Positions 8,848 through 19,022 are shown, numbered from the stretch's first letter. The stretch: 64,000 nt of DNA from an uncultured Collinsella sp. (GCA_900754445.1 CAAECW010000107.1:14643-78642); one strand, 5' to 3'. Notes: a model not told the origin generated them from the sequence alone. Numbers and translations: made by a program.

Positions 8848-8923
8848 GCCTGTATAGCTCAGTCGGTAGAGCACTTCGTTGGTAACGAAGAGGTCACCAG
8901 TTCAAGTCTGGTTGCAGGCTCCA
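8848..8923 (+). tRNA. tRNA-Thr (anticodon GGT)
   Basis: GCCTGTATAGCTCAGTCGGTAGAGC...; anticodon loop TTGGTAA; T-loop TTCAAGT; CCA encoded. Confidence 0.85.
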
Positions 8924-8926
8924 TCC

Positions 8927-9003
8927 GGCGGTGTAGCTCAGTTGGTTAGAGCACACGGTTCATACCCGTGGCGTCACTGGTTCGAATCCAGTCACCGCTA
9001 CCA
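8927..9003 (+). tRNA. tRNA-Met (anticodon CAT; elongator or lysidine-modified Ile2 type, not initiator)
   Basis: GGCGGTGTAGCTCAGTTGGTTAGAGC...; anticodon loop TTCATAC. The G1-based acceptor stem and the anticodon stem argue against an initiator. Confidence 0.8.
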
Positions 9004-9099
9004 TAGGTAACACGGTGGCTTCTCAATAGTATGTTGAGAGGCCACTATGGTATAAAGGCAAAGTCCCGTCCGGGGACGACCTGTTAAGAGGAGGGCTTT

Positions 9100-10290
9100 A
9101 TGGCCAAAGAGAAGTTTGAGCGCACTAAGCCGCATGTTAACATCGGCACCATTGGTCACGTCGACCACGGCAAGACCACGCTGACCGCTGCCATCACCAA
9201 GGTTCTCTCCGAGACCGAGGGCTGCAAGGCTGACTTCACTGCGTTCGAGAACATCGACAAGGCTCCCGAGGAGCGCGAGCGCGGCATTACGATCTCCGTC
9301 TCCCACGTCGAGTACGAGACCGCTTCCCGTCACTACGCTCACGTTGACTGCCCGGGCCACGCTGACTACGTCAAGAACATGATCTCCGGCGCTGCTCAGA
9401 TGGACGGCGCTATCCTGGTCATCGCCGCTACCGACGGCCCCATGGCTCAGACCCGCGAGCACATCCTGCTCGCCCGTCAGGTCGGCGTTCCCTACATCGT
9501 CGTCTTCCTGAACAAGTGCGACATGGTCGACGATGACGAGCTCATCGACCTCGTCGAGATGGAGACCCGTGAGCTCCTCTCCGAGTACGATTTCCCCGGC
9601 GACGACATCCCCGTCATCCGTGGTTCCGCTCTGGGCGCTCTCGAGGGCGACGCCAAGTGGATGGACGCTATCCGCGAGCTCATGAATGCCGTCGACGAGT
9701 ACATCCCGACGCCTGCTCGTAACAACGACCTCCCGTTCCTGATGGCCGTTGAGGACGTTATGACCATCTCCGGCCGTGGCACCGTTGCTACCGGCCGTGT
9801 CGAGCGCGGTGAGCTCAAGCTCAACGAGCCCGTCGAGATCGTCGGCATCAAGGATACCCAGAACACCGTCGTTACCGGTATCGAGATGTTCCGTAAGTCC
9901 ATGGACTTCTGCGAGGCTGGCGACAACGTCGGTCTGCTGCTCCGCGGCATCAAGCGCGAGGACATCGAGCGCGGCCAGGTTCTCTGCAAGCCCGGTTCGG
10001 TTACCCCGCACACCAAGTTCACCGGCGAGATCTACGTTCTGACCAAGGAGGAGGGCGGCCGTCACACCCCGTTCTTCGATGGTTATCGTCCTCAGTTCTA
10101 CTTCCGTACCACCGACGTTACCGGTACGGTCAAGCTCCCCGAGGGCACCGAGATGGCTATGCCTGGTGACCACATCACCATCGAGGGCGACCTCATCCAC
10201 CCGATCGCCATGGAGGAGGGCCTGCGCTTCGCTATCCGCGAGGGTGGCCACACCGTCGGTTCGGGCATCGTCTCCACGATCATTGAGTAA
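9100..10290 (+). CDS. tuf: Elongation factor Tu
   Basis: 396 aa, [32 protein letters not shown]. Confidence 0.97.
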   Translation: MAKEKFERTKPHVNIGTIGHVDHGKTTLTAAITKVLSETEGCKADFTAFENIDKAPEERERGITISVSHVEYETASRHYAHVDCPGHADYVKNMISGAAQMDGAILVIAATDGPMAQTREHILLARQVGVPYIVVFLNKCDMVDDDELIDLVEMETRELLSEYDFPGDDIPVIRGSALGALEGDAKWMDAIRELMNAVDEYIPTPARNNDLPFLMAVEDVMTISGRGTVATGRVERGELKLNEPVEIVGIKDTQNTVVTGIEMFRKSMDFCEAGDNVGLLLRGIKREDIERGQVLCKPGSVTPHTKFTGEIYVLTKEEGGRHTPFFDGYRPQFYFRTTDVTGTVKLPEGTEMAMPGDHITIEGDLIHPIAMEEGLRFAIREGGHTVGSGIVSTIIE

Positions 10291-10316
10291 ATTAGCTCTT
10301 TGATATAGCTGACTTA

Positions 10317-10355
10317 GAGAACCCGGCACTTATATGGGTGCCGGGTTCTTTTCTG
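10317..10355 (+). terminator. Rho-independent terminator after tuf
   Basis: GAACCCGGCAC-ttatatgg-GTGCCGGGTTC followed by TTTTC. Confidence 0.8.
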
Positions 10356-10492
10356 CAATGGATATTGAGCCGTTGCTGGTGTCGAGAGGATCGATATTGG
10401 TCCTGGATGCACCGTCGATTAGCTCTCGATGGCTTCATTGATGTGTTCCAAATATGAATGGATCCACCGAGAACCAATTGACTCGAGGTTTT

Positions 10493-10527
10493 CATTGACA
10501 GCACTTACGTGGAGCTGATAAAGTAAC
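10493..10527 (+). promoter_or_regulatory. Candidate promoter for rpmG-tRNA-Trp-secE-nusG
   Basis: TTGACA, an 18-nt spacer, then TAAAGT, upstream of rpmG. Confidence 0.35.
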
Positions 10528-10569
10528 AACTCGTGCCCGTACGGGGCGGAAATGAAAGGTTCAGGATAC

Positions 10570-10719
10570 ATGCGTACTCTAGTTACTCTTGCGTGCACTG
10601 AGTGCAAGCGCCGCAACTATACGACCACCAAGAACAAGTCGACCATGCCTGATCGTATGGAGATCAAGAAGTATTGCCCCTGGTGCCGTCATCACACGCT
10701 GCACAAAGAGACTCGCTAG
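10570..10719 (+). CDS. rpmG: 50S ribosomal protein L33
   Basis: The 49-aa protein [49 protein letters not shown] is missing from the ORF track because it is under 60 aa. Confidence 0.9.
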   Translation: MRTLVTLACTECKRRNYTTTKNKSTMPDRMEIKKYCPWCRHHTLHKETR

Positions 10720-10732
10720 TCTCTAGTCACAT

Positions 10733-10808
10733 ACGCCAGTAGTTCAATTGGTAGAGCATCGGTCTCCAAAACCGAGTGTTGAGGGTTCGAGTCCTTCCTG
10801 GCGTGCCA
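10733..10808 (+). tRNA. tRNA-Trp (anticodon CCA)
   Basis: ACGCCAGTAGTTCAATTGGTAGAGC...; anticodon loop CTCCAAA. Its position between rpmG and secE is conserved. Confidence 0.85.
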
Positions 10809-10884
10809 GTCATTATTCCGTAAGCTCCCACTTGGGGGCTTACGGTTTACTCATGTATAAGCGCATTGCGCGGAGGTAACCCAA

Positions 10885-11223
10885 ATGGCCAACAAGAAGA
10901 ACAAGAAGAAGGCTCAGCAGCCGGCACCTGCCAACAAAGCTGCCGCCAACTCCAAGGTTGAGGCCAAGAAGGCCGTTGCCAAGAAGAACGAGAAGGCTGC
11001 GAAGTCCAAGAAGAACGAGAAGCCTGGTTTCTTCGCCCGCACCAAGAAGTATTTCGCTTCGGTCAAGTCCGAGATGAAGCGTGTCACGTGGCCCGATAAG
11101 AAGGAGCTCGTGAACTACTCGGTTGTCGTTTGCGCTTCTCTGATCGTCGTCGGCGTCGTCATCGCTCTGCTCGATGCTGGCTTTGGCGAGGCTCTTGCTC
11201 TGTTCTCTGGATTGAGGGGCTAA
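10885..11223 (+). CDS. secE: Preprotein translocase subunit SecE with a Lys/Ala-rich N-terminal extension
   Basis: The C-terminal TM segment and KRVTWP motif are present. It sits upstream of nusG. Confidence 0.85.
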   Translation: MANKKNKKKAQQPAPANKAAANSKVEAKKAVAKKNEKAAKSKKNEKPGFFARTKKYFASVKSEMKRVTWPDKKELVNYSVVVCASLIVVGVVIALLDAGFGEALALFSGLRG

Positions 11224-11226
11224 ACC

Positions 11227-11763
11227 ATGTCTAAGCGTTGGTACGTCGTTCACACTTACTCTGGATACGAGAACCGCGTTAAGTCCGATCTCGAGCATCG
11301 CATCGAGACTATGGGCATGCAGGACCGTATCTTTGATATCGAGATTCCTATGGAGCGCGTCACCGAGATTAAAGAGGGTGGCAAGCGTGAGACCAAGGAT
11401 TCCAAGATCTTCCCGGGTTATGTCCTGGTCCGCATGGAGATGGATGACGATGCTTGGACGTGTGTTCGTAACACGCCTGGCGTCACCGGTTTCCTAGGCG
11501 GCAACGGCAAGCCCGCTCCGCTTTCCCGCGACGAGTACAACAAGATGACTCGTCGTCCCGGTAAGGGCGATTCGCCCAAGCGCACCTCGGTTGATATTGA
11601 GGTCGGCACGTCCGTCCGCGTCACCGATGGCCCGCTTACCGACTTTGATGGCAAGGTCTCCGAGGTTAACACCGAGGCTGGCAAGCTCAAGGTCACGCTG
11701 ATGATCTTTGGCCGCGAGACGCCGGTCGAGCTCGACTTTAACCAGGTCGCTGTCATCGCTTAA
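11227..11763 (+). CDS. nusG: Transcription termination/antitermination factor NusG
   Basis: NGN plus KOW domains ([11 protein letters not shown] ... GxV.V..GPF). Confidence 0.93.
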   Translation: MSKRWYVVHTYSGYENRVKSDLEHRIETMGMQDRIFDIEIPMERVTEIKEGGKRETKDSKIFPGYVLVRMEMDDDAWTCVRNTPGVTGFLGGNGKPAPLSRDEYNKMTRRPGKGDSPKRTSVDIEVGTSVRVTDGPLTDFDGKVSEVNTEAGKLKVTLMIFGRETPVELDFNQVAVIA

Positions 11764-11883
11764 GTTTTCGTCCGTTCGCGCGAGCGTGCTTCTTCTGTGA
11801 CTGCTCATCTCAGGAGTGCTTCTAACACGTGCGTGCTTACGATATAGCAAGTACTTCACACTCGTGATTCGAAAGGAATGACC

Positions 11884-12312
11884 ATGGCTGAGAAGAAGGT
11901 TGCCAACGTCATTAAGCTCCAGATTCCTGCTGGTGCAGCTAACCCCGCTCCTCCCGTCGGCCCCGCCCTGGGCGCTGCTGGCGTGAACATCATGCAGTTC
12001 TGCCAGGCCTTTAACGCCGAGACGCAGGACAAGAAGGGCGACATCATCCCCGTTGAGATCTCTGTCTACGAGGATAAGTCCTTCTCCTTCATCACCAAGA
12101 CCCCGCCGGCGGCTCACCTCATCAAGAAGGAGCTGAACCTCAAGTCTGGTTCCGCTAAGCCCCAGGCCGACAAGGTTGGTCAGCTCTCCCAGGAGCAGCT
12201 CACCAAGATCGCCGAGATCAAGATGCCGGACCTCAATGCCAACGACATTGACGCCGCCAAGAAGATCATCGCCGGTACCGCCCGTTCCATGGGCGTCACC
12301 ATCGCTGAGTAG
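11884..12312 (+). CDS. rplK: 50S ribosomal protein L11
   Basis: [31 protein letters not shown] chose the second ATG (11884) on RBS spacing. Confidence 0.93.
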   Translation: MAEKKVANVIKLQIPAGAANPAPPVGPALGAAGVNIMQFCQAFNAETQDKKGDIIPVEISVYEDKSFSFITKTPPAAHLIKKELNLKSGSAKPQADKVGQLSQEQLTKIAEIKMPDLNANDIDAAKKIIAGTARSMGVTIAE

Positions 12313-12429
12313 CGATTTCTTATGGTAACGACGGGTGCTCCGACCGGGGCGCCCGTTAAATGTGTGCAATAGGGCACACGATACGATGTGGGAGGGCTCA
12401 CGCCCGTTTAACCACAGGAGGTAATGCAC

Positions 12430-13137
12430 ATGGCTAAGCATGGTAAGAGCTATAACGCCGCTGCTGAGAAGATCGACCGCGCCACGCTCTACACCCCCCT
12501 TCAGGCTGCCAAGCTCATCAAGGAGCTCGACACCGCCAAGTTCGACGAGACCGTCGAGGCCCACTTCCGTCTGGGCATCGATACTCGTAAGGCTGACCAG
12601 AACATCCGTGGTTCCATCTCCCTGCCCCACGGCACCGGCAAGACCGTTCGTGTTGCCGTCTTCGCCGAGGGCGAGAAGGCCCGCGAGGCCGAGGCTGCCG
12701 GCGCCGACATCATCGGTTCCGACGAGCTCGTCGCCCAGATCCAGAAGGGCGAGATCAACTTCGACGCCGCTATCGCTACGCCGAACATGATGGCCAAGGT
12801 TGGCCGCATCGGTAAGATCCTTGGTCCCCGTGGCCTTATGCCGAACCCTAAGCTCGGTACCGTGACCATGGACGTCGCCAAGATGGTCTCCGAGCTCAAG
12901 GCCGGCCGCGTTGAGTATCGTGCCGACCGCTACGGCATCTGCCACGTGCCCCTGGGCAAGAAGTCCTTCTCTGAGCAGCAGCTCGTCGAGAACTACGCTG
13001 CCCTGTACACCGAGATCCTGCGCGTCAAGCCCTCTTCTGCTAAGGGCAAGTACGTCAAGTCCATCTCCGTGTCTTCCACCATGGGCCCTGGCGTCAAGGT
13101 CGATCCCGCTGTCCAGCGTGACTTCCTGGCTGAGTAA
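12430..13137 (+). CDS. rplA: 50S ribosomal protein L1
   Basis: [21 protein letters not shown]... AGGAGG lies 8 nt upstream of the ATG at 12430. Confidence 0.93.
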   Translation: MAKHGKSYNAAAEKIDRATLYTPLQAAKLIKELDTAKFDETVEAHFRLGIDTRKADQNIRGSISLPHGTGKTVRVAVFAEGEKAREAEAAGADIIGSDELVAQIQKGEINFDAAIATPNMMAKVGRIGKILGPRGLMPNPKLGTVTMDVAKMVSELKAGRVEYRADRYGICHVPLGKKSFSEQQLVENYAALYTEILRVKPSSAKGKYVKSISVSSTMGPGVKVDPAVQRDFLAE

Positions 13138-13174
13138 CTGCTAGTTACTGCCTGAGCAAAGCAAGCATTGCTAA

Positions 13175-13213
13175 AGAAACCCGGTTCCGCCTCGTGTGGG
13201 ACCGGGTTTCTTG
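13175..13213 (+). terminator. Rho-independent terminator after rplA
   Basis: GAAACCCGGTTCC...GGACCGGGTTTC followed by TTGC and T-rich sequence. Confidence 0.65.
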
Positions 13214-13219
13214 CTATCG

Positions 13220-13266
13220 CGTGCCAAAACCACCTCAAAGGGGACAGCGTCCCCTTTGAGGTGGTT
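13220..13266 (-). terminator. Terminator of the metallophosphoesterase operon (18-bp stem)
   Basis: AACCACCTCAAAGGGGAC-agc-GTCCCCTTTGAGGTGGTT followed on the minus strand by TTTTGG. It overlaps the stop codon. Confidence 0.7.
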
Positions 13267-13975
13267 ACCAGGGTGTTCTGGCGGTAGAGGACTCAATGGC
13301 CTCGTGGCGCTTGAGCTCGCGGCGCATGGTTTGCGAGTTGAGCCAGGCTGCCTGCCAGCCACGGATGGGGTAGCGCGTCTGGTCGAGCTCAAACTGCGTA
13401 TAGCCGCAGGCGTTGATGATCGTCGTTCCACACACATGCTGCCGCTCGCGCTGAAAATCGTAACCGTAGCTTTGGTGTACATGCCCATGCACCATGTAGT
13501 CGGCTCCCCAGGACTCAAGCGCCGTGTTAAAGCACTCAAACCCTCGATGCGGTAGATCGTCCAGATCACCCATACCGGCGGCGGGCGCATGGGTAAGCAG
13601 AATGTCGCACCCGCCGACCATCCTAACCTTACGCGACAGCTTACGCATACGCTTGGACATCTCGCGTTCGGTGTACATGTTGGCGCCGTCGCGATAACGC
13701 ATGGACCCGCCAAGGCCCGCAATGCGAATCCCTCGGTACGTGTACACGCTGTCTTCTACGCAGATACATCCGCCCGGTGCATGACGTGCGTAGCGGTCAT
13801 CGTGATTGCCGCGCACGTAGATGAGCGGTTTGTTGATGACCGTAACCAAAAACTCAAGATAGTCCGGGTCCAGATCGCCGGCGGACAAAATCAGGTCGAC
13901 GCCCTCAAAGCGTTCCTTGCGAAAGCACTCCCAAAGGCATCGTTCTTCGGTATCGGCTATGGCAAGGATTTTCAT
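13265..13975 (-). CDS. Metallophosphoesterase (calcineurin-like; YfcE/MPP family)
   Basis: Metal-binding motifs DxH...GDxxD...GNHD...H...GHxH are present (LILSAGDL, VRGNHDD, LLTHAP, HGHVH). Confidence 0.8.
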   Translation of the reverse strand: MKILAIADTEERCLWECFRKERFEGVDLILSAGDLDPDYLEFLVTVINKPLIYVRGNHDDRYARHAPGGCICVEDSVYTYRGIRIAGLGGSMRYRDGANMYTEREMSKRMRKLSRKVRMVGGCDILLTHAPAAGMGDLDDLPHRGFECFNTALESWGADYMVHGHVHQSYGYDFQRERQHVCGTTIINACGYTQFELDQTRYPIRGWQAAWLNSQTMRRELKRHEAIESSTARTPW

Positions 13976-15888
13976 AGGGCAGGGACTTTCGGCTCATCGT
14001 CGAGCTGCGGAATGGTGCCTACCACGTTATCCGCCAGCCAATTCATCTCGACAATCTGCGTGCTCGGCAGCGGAGGGAAGCCTTCGATCTGTACCACGCC
14101 GTTCTGACTGTGGAGCTCGCCGCCAAAGGGGTTGATGGATCCCTCGACAATGCCGTTGCGGAGCAACTGCACGAGTTTGCGCGTCTGGTAGGGTAGGCCC
14201 GGAGCGTAACGGATGTCGATAACGCCGGAGCTCATGCCGTACCAGTAGTTGACGGCGCGCACTTGGTTGTCATCGCTGGTCTCGTCCCACGTGCCGTGCA
14301 GAAGGCTGCGAACGATGAGCTCGTAGTAACGGCCCCAGTTCCATACCGGCATGGCGATGCCGGAAACCTTGCCATCGACCAGGCGGTGGAGTCCGTAGGC
14401 CGTAGGGTCTTCGAGCGACTTTGACATGTCAGCGCCGGTCATGACGCTCACGCCTTCGCGGCACATGGCCTCGGCAAGACCGCCGGCGGGCACATCGCCC
14501 CAGGTGAGGATAATTTGCGCGCGGGGGTCGAGCAGCGAGGCGCCGATGGCAAAGGCATTGATCTCGCTGAGCGCGCCGGATGCGAAGACCGACGCGTGGT
14601 AGCCGATACGATGGTTGTCCGCCATGCTGGCGGCAAGGGCGCCCAGGAGGAACTTGGCCTCGTACATCTTGCCAAAGTACGAACGGACGCTTTGGTGGGG
14701 AAGGCCGATAGAGCAGTTAAGGAACCGAACCTGGGGATACTCAACGGCAGCTCTGAGCGTGTATTCCATCAGGCGGTGCGAGGTCGAGAAGATGACGTTG
14801 TCTCCATGTTTGACAGCCGTTTCCACGGCGGCGTAGAACACGTCCGGATCGTGACAGTCCTCGAACGCCTCGGTGCGCACGATACCGTCAAAGTGCTCAT
14901 CGAGATACTGGCGTCCTTGGTCGTGCAGACTGTCCCAGCTCGACGCCGCACAGGGGAACTCATGGATAAAGGCGATACACAGGGGGTTGGCCGCCGAATA
15001 GACAGTCTTGCCCATAAAGAAGTTGAGCACGCCGGAGGTGGACTTGGTGGGCGACTCCTCCTCATCGACGCTCGGCGCTTCGACAAGATCGACCTTGTCC
15101 TCGTCATTTTTGCCGGCAATGACCAGCTCGCGCCAAATCTTGCACAGGCGGTTTACGACGATATCCGTCGGCGTATCCAGCAGGCGGTCCTGGTTGTACA
15201 CATTGAGGTAAACGAGCATGGCGTCGGCAGGCGTAATGTCCAGGTGGTCGCCGCCTGCGCGAAGGTAGGCGCGCTTAAAGAGCAGGAAGGTGTGGCGCAG
15301 GTAGTCGACCTTTTTCTGCGGCCATTTTTCGATAAGGTTCTGACCGAGCATCTTGGCGAGCGTCTCGTAGCTTCCCTCACGCGAGAACTCGATCTCGTAT
15401 AGGGGGCAGACACGCCAAAACGCGCAGAATTCACCGTACAGGCGGCTTTCGACGGAATCCCATGTGCCGGGGTAGAGACGGGTGACCCTGGCCGAAACCG
15501 TTGGAGCGTCCAGGAATTTGAGGACACTGACGCGTTTGTTGCCTTCCTGGACATAGAACCGATGCATGAACTCGGTGACGATGATGGGGTCGCGATAGCC
15601 CTCGGTTACCTGGATGTCGTAGAGGTTGGACCACTTGCGGGCGAACTCGGTGTTAAACGGCAGCAGAGGCATAAAGTTGCATGAAAAGGCGGACTGACGG
15701 CCTTTGGTGACCGTGCCGACGACCATTTCGAGCGGAATATCCCGCAGGCCGACGCTCACTCGCTGACCTAAGGGGAGCTGAGCAACCAAGCTATCGAGGT
15801 CCGTAAGGTATGGATGCTCGCTTTGGCTGATGGCGCGACGGCGTCCCTGCTCGCCGCGCTTGCGTGCTTGACGATAGGCCTCTTCCAT
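13972..15888 (-). CDS. Uncharacterised 638-aa cytoplasmic protein. The C-terminal half resembles a BMP/PnrA-like periplasmic-binding fold and the N-terminal ~300 aa are unknown
   Basis: The frame is long and intact with coding-like composition. It overlaps the phosphoesterase start by 4 nt, consistent with an operon. It has no signal peptide. The C-terminal region (VIFSTSHRLMEYTLRAA...GKMYEAKFLLGALAA...HASVFASGALSEINAFAIGA) recalls the basic-membrane-protein family. Confidence 0.6.
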   Translation of the reverse strand: MEEAYRQARKRGEQGRRRAISQSEHPYLTDLDSLVAQLPLGQRVSVGLRDIPLEMVVGTVTKGRQSAFSCNFMPLLPFNTEFARKWSNLYDIQVTEGYRDPIIVTEFMHRFYVQEGNKRVSVLKFLDAPTVSARVTRLYPGTWDSVESRLYGEFCAFWRVCPLYEIEFSREGSYETLAKMLGQNLIEKWPQKKVDYLRHTFLLFKRAYLRAGGDHLDITPADAMLVYLNVYNQDRLLDTPTDIVVNRLCKIWRELVIAGKNDEDKVDLVEAPSVDEEESPTKSTSGVLNFFMGKTVYSAANPLCIAFIHEFPCAASSWDSLHDQGRQYLDEHFDGIVRTEAFEDCHDPDVFYAAVETAVKHGDNVIFSTSHRLMEYTLRAAVEYPQVRFLNCSIGLPHQSVRSYFGKMYEAKFLLGALAASMADNHRIGYHASVFASGALSEINAFAIGASLLDPRAQIILTWGDVPAGGLAEAMCREGVSVMTGADMSKSLEDPTAYGLHRLVDGKVSGIAMPVWNWGRYYELIVRSLLHGTWDETSDDNQVRAVNYWYGMSSGVIDIRYAPGLPYQTRKLVQLLRNGIVEGSINPFGGELHSQNGVVQIEGFPPLPSTQIVEMNWLADNVVGTIPQLDDEPKVPAL

Positions 15889-15942
15889 GGTGTCTACTCC
15901 CTTAGTCGTTTAAACAACGATATGAACCATGGTACCACGAAT

Positions 15943-15980
15943 GAAAACCACTACAAAGATGCCTGTCCCCTTTGCGGTGG
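15943..15980 (-). terminator. Terminator hairpin of mscS
   Basis: CCACTACAAAG...CTTTGCGGTGG stem followed on the minus strand by TTTTC. Confidence 0.5.
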
Positions 15981-15981
15981 T

Positions 15982-16749
15982 TTAGGCGATGATGGGGGCG
16001 ATGGCGCGGATGCAGGCGTCGGCTGCCGTGAAAGTAGTGCTGTCGTCGCTGACGATAAAGATGATCTTTCCTTTGATGCCAAAGTCGCCGATTTCGCTAA
16101 AGAGTACGTAGGGCTCCTTGTCAAAGCCCGAGATGGGCGAGACGGCCGTTTTGGTTGCGCTCGTGAGCTCGTCTGCCAGCACGTCAAGGGAAGCCCACTT
16201 AGACGTGTCCTTTACGGCAACAGGCACAGCCACACGCCCAAAGGGCATGAGGTGCACGAGCGTGTTCTTGGAAATGTTGGAGTTGGGGACGATGATGGTC
16301 TGTCCACAGGCATCCTCAATCGTTGTATGGCGCCAAGTGATGTCTTGGACCACGCCGGATACGCCGCCGACCTCGATATTGTCGCCGGGTTTGATGATGC
16401 CCATAAAGGTCACTTGCATGCCGCCGATAAGGTTTGACAGCGTGTCCTGAAAGCCGAGCGAGATAGCGATGCCGCCGACGCCAAGAGCGGCGACGAGCGC
16501 GTTTGCGTTAATGCCAAAGCAGTTGTCGAGGATAAAGCTGCCGCCGATCATCCAGATGACGGCGCGCGCGATGTTGATGAAGATACTCGATGCCGGAAGC
16601 GGGTTATCGTCTCGGTTAAGCAGATGGTTCAGGGTCTTGGATACGACCTTGGCGGCGACGGCGGTGCCTATCGCCAAGATGACGGCCCAGATGATGTTGT
16701 GGACCCACCGTTGCTCAAAGAAATGAAGAATCGGCTCAAACAATTCCAT
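15982..16749 (-). CDS. Small-conductance mechanosensitive channel (MscS family)
   Basis: MscS TM3/beta-domain signature (ALGVGGIAISLGFQDTLSNLIGG...GDNIEVGGVSGVVQDI). I chose the start at ATG 16749, which is preceded by AGGAGG. Confidence 0.85.
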   Translation of the reverse strand: MELFEPILHFFEQRWVHNIIWAVILAIGTAVAAKVVSKTLNHLLNRDDNPLPASSIFINIARAVIWMIGGSFILDNCFGINANALVAALGVGGIAISLGFQDTLSNLIGGMQVTFMGIIKPGDNIEVGGVSGVVQDITWRHTTIEDACGQTIIVPNSNISKNTLVHLMPFGRVAVPVAVKDTSKWASLDVLADELTSATKTAVSPISGFDKEPYVLFSEIGDFGIKGKIIFIVSDDSTTFTAADACIRAIAPIIA

Positions 16750-16794
16750 GTAGGGAAAACCTCCTAATGATCGTCCAACCATGATACCCACCAA

Positions 16795-16826
16795 GAAGCC
16801 CGTCCGATCACATTCGGACGGGCTTC
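16795..16826 (-). terminator. Hairpin downstream of the 5'-nucleotidase gene
   Basis: GAAGCCCGTCCGA-tcacat-TCGGACGGGCTTC forms a 13-bp stem. The T-run is weak. Confidence 0.4.
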
Positions 16827-16878
16827 TGTGCTCGATATAAGGTTTACGCGGCGGGGCTGTAAGGCCCGGCGGTGTAGC

Positions 16879-18903
16879 TTAGCGTCGACGCTTCCAGATA
16901 ATGCCGAGCATGATGACGATGATGCCGCCGATAAGGCACGCGCCAACTACTGCCAGCGTGCGGTCTCCCGTTGCGGCGAGCTTACCGGTCGTCTTCTTGG
17001 TGATGACCTTCGTGGTCGTCGTGTCCGTCTTAGGCGAGGGCTTAGGCGTCGGGGCCGGTGTGGGCGTGGGGTCCACGGCAGCGGAGCCAAAGCTGATGGT
17101 GCCCGCGAGCGAGGTCATCTTGCTCTCCCAGCTGTCCTGCCCGATCAGCGCCCTTAGCGCTGACTCGCAGGTACCCCACTCGGTGCGCTTGGTGGCGTTT
17201 GCGAAAGTGGGAAAGTCAGTCGTGTTGGTGATGATGTAGTTGTTGATGGCGACGGTATAGGTCTTGGTGGGATCGAGCGTGCTGTCGTCTTTGGTGAGTG
17301 TGGCACTCACGATGCGCTTGCCTTCGGGCTGCGTCCAATCAATCGTCACGTTGATGCCGCCAAAGGAGAGGACGCTGCCAGAGTCATCGCGCCACTTGTA
17401 CTCGTCTTGCGCCTCCTGCTCGGTGTGACCGGCCGCCACGTAGGCTTGCTGAAGCTCGTAGCTGTCGTTGCAATCGTCGCTGATTTGTAGCGAGTGCTCG
17501 AGCGCTGCGAGGAAGTCCGCGCCGGTCATGGTCCAGGTCTCCACGGTGTTGCCGTAGGGCGAGATGGCGATGACGTTGCCGGCGGTCACGTTGCCCGCCG
17601 CGATGCCGCCGCGGATGCCGCCAGCGTTTTCGATAGCGAAGTCCGCGCCCGTCAGGGCAAGATAGGAGCCGCAAATCACGTGGCCGATGGTCTGGGCCTT
17701 GGTGGTGTCGCCCTCCTTGCTGGGGCGGAAATCGGTGGTGCGCACCATTTCCCAACCATGCGTGCCTGCGGCGTCCTCGCCGTAGAAATAGTTGGTGGTG
17801 GATGTGCCGAGCACCTTGTTCGATTCGTTTTCAAAGTCCTCGTCGAGCGGCTTGATCTTGTTGCGGACGGCTTCAAGGCGGCTTTGGTAGTCGGAGCCCT
17901 TGTCGGGGTCTGTCAAAAGGTCGTTGACGTTCTTGGCGGTGTAGAGCTTCTCGTCGCTGCCGTCTGCAGGGACCGTGACCGTGTCATCGTCGGTCGTCTC
18001 GGTGCCATTCGTGTCGTATTTGTACGGAATGGAAAGCAGCCCCACCTCGGCAAAGGCGCTGCCTGCCTCGACAACGTGGATCGTCTTGCCGTCGGCTCCC
18101 GTCACCTTCTCGTTAAGGTTGATGTGCTCGTGGCCTGCGATAAGGGCATCGACGCCACGGAGCCGCGTGGCAAAGGTCTTTGCGTCGAGCGTGTGCGCGA
18201 TACACACAACAACATCGCAGCCCTCCTTGCGCAGCTGCTCTGCCTCGGCATTGATGGCGTTCGCGGCACTCGAAAAGCTGGTGCCCGCGACCAGGTCCGC
18301 GCGCAGCGAGGAACCTAGCGACTCATCCATGGCTCCGACGACGCCGACCTTGATTTTGTAGTCGAATGTGGAGTGATCCTCGCTATCCTCCCAGGTGCGA
18401 TCGAGCGTCTTCGTGATGCTCGAGCTCCATACGCCGTTCGAGGACGTTGCATTCGCGCAGAGCATGGCGAAGGGCGTGCCGGTGGTGCTGTAGCCGGTCA
18501 TGGTGCGGAGTTTGTCCGCGCCGTAGCTCCAGTCGTGGTTGCCTGGCGTGGTTGCGTCGTAGCCGTCGGCGTAGAAGGTGTCCATGAGCTCGGCGATGCT
18601 CTTGCCCTCGCTCATGGTGGCGAAGGACTGTCCGTGGAAGGTGTCGCCCGCATCGAGTAAAAGATCGGGGGCGCTGCTTTGGGCGCTATAGAAAACCGCC
18701 AGTCCGTCAAAGCCCACAGTGCCGGTGCCCTTGCTTGCGTTGTAGCTGTACTTGTAGCTGCCGTGGATATCGTTGGTGTGCATGACGGCCACGGAGCCGT
18801 CAATAGCGGCGGGCAGGTTTCCCGCGAAAGCGAGGCTTGGGATGCCTGCGAGCGCGCCGGCAAACAACGCGGCGGCCAACGCAAAGCGGGGGAGTCTTTT
18901 CAT
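16879..18903 (-). CDS. Cell-wall-anchored 5'-nucleotidase/bifunctional metallophosphatase (UshA-like) with an LAXTG class-E sortase sorting signal
   Basis: It has a signal peptide, metallophosphatase motifs (HTNDIHG, GDTFHG, GNHD) and a 5'-nucleotidase C-terminal domain. It ends with a Pro/Thr-rich linker, then LAATG, a hydrophobic segment and KRRR. Confidence 0.85.
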   Translation of the reverse strand: MKRLPRFALAAALFAGALAGIPSLAFAGNLPAAIDGSVAVMHTNDIHGSYKYSYNASKGTGTVGFDGLAVFYSAQSSAPDLLLDAGDTFHGQSFATMSEGKSIAELMDTFYADGYDATTPGNHDWSYGADKLRTMTGYSTTGTPFAMLCANATSSNGVWSSSITKTLDRTWEDSEDHSTFDYKIKVGVVGAMDESLGSSLRADLVAGTSFSSAANAINAEAEQLRKEGCDVVVCIAHTLDAKTFATRLRGVDALIAGHEHINLNEKVTGADGKTIHVVEAGSAFAEVGLLSIPYKYDTNGTETTDDDTVTVPADGSDEKLYTAKNVNDLLTDPDKGSDYQSRLEAVRNKIKPLDEDFENESNKVLGTSTTNYFYGEDAAGTHGWEMVRTTDFRPSKEGDTTKAQTIGHVICGSYLALTGADFAIENAGGIRGGIAAGNVTAGNVIAISPYGNTVETWTMTGADFLAALEHSLQISDDCNDSYELQQAYVAAGHTEQEAQDEYKWRDDSGSVLSFGGINVTIDWTQPEGKRIVSATLTKDDSTLDPTKTYTVAINNYIITNTTDFPTFANATKRTEWGTCESALRALIGQDSWESKMTSLAGTISFGSAAVDPTPTPAPTPKPSPKTDTTTTKVITKKTTGKLAATGDRTLAVVGACLIGGIIVIMLGIIWKRRR

Positions 18904-19022
18904 GGCAGTTTCCTTAGTCCTTAGCCAGAATGTCTGGTTGAATATCGGATTATCGACATAATATGCGAAAACCGCCGCAAGGGCCTCTGTCCCTTTGCGG
19001 CGGTTTTGGCGTTTGCGCAGAT

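Noticed and set aside
8998-10329. 443-aa minus-strand ORF overlapping tuf
   Set aside because: Antisense to EF-Tu and its tRNA-Met neighbour. Not protein-like.
11494-12945. 483-aa minus-strand ORF
   Set aside because: Antisense to nusG/rplK/rplA.
14515-15402. 295-aa plus-strand ORF inside the 638-aa gene region
   Set aside because: Antisense, low-complexity (Gly/Val/Arg/Asp-rich) and no RBS. The minus-strand frame is continuous and protein-like.
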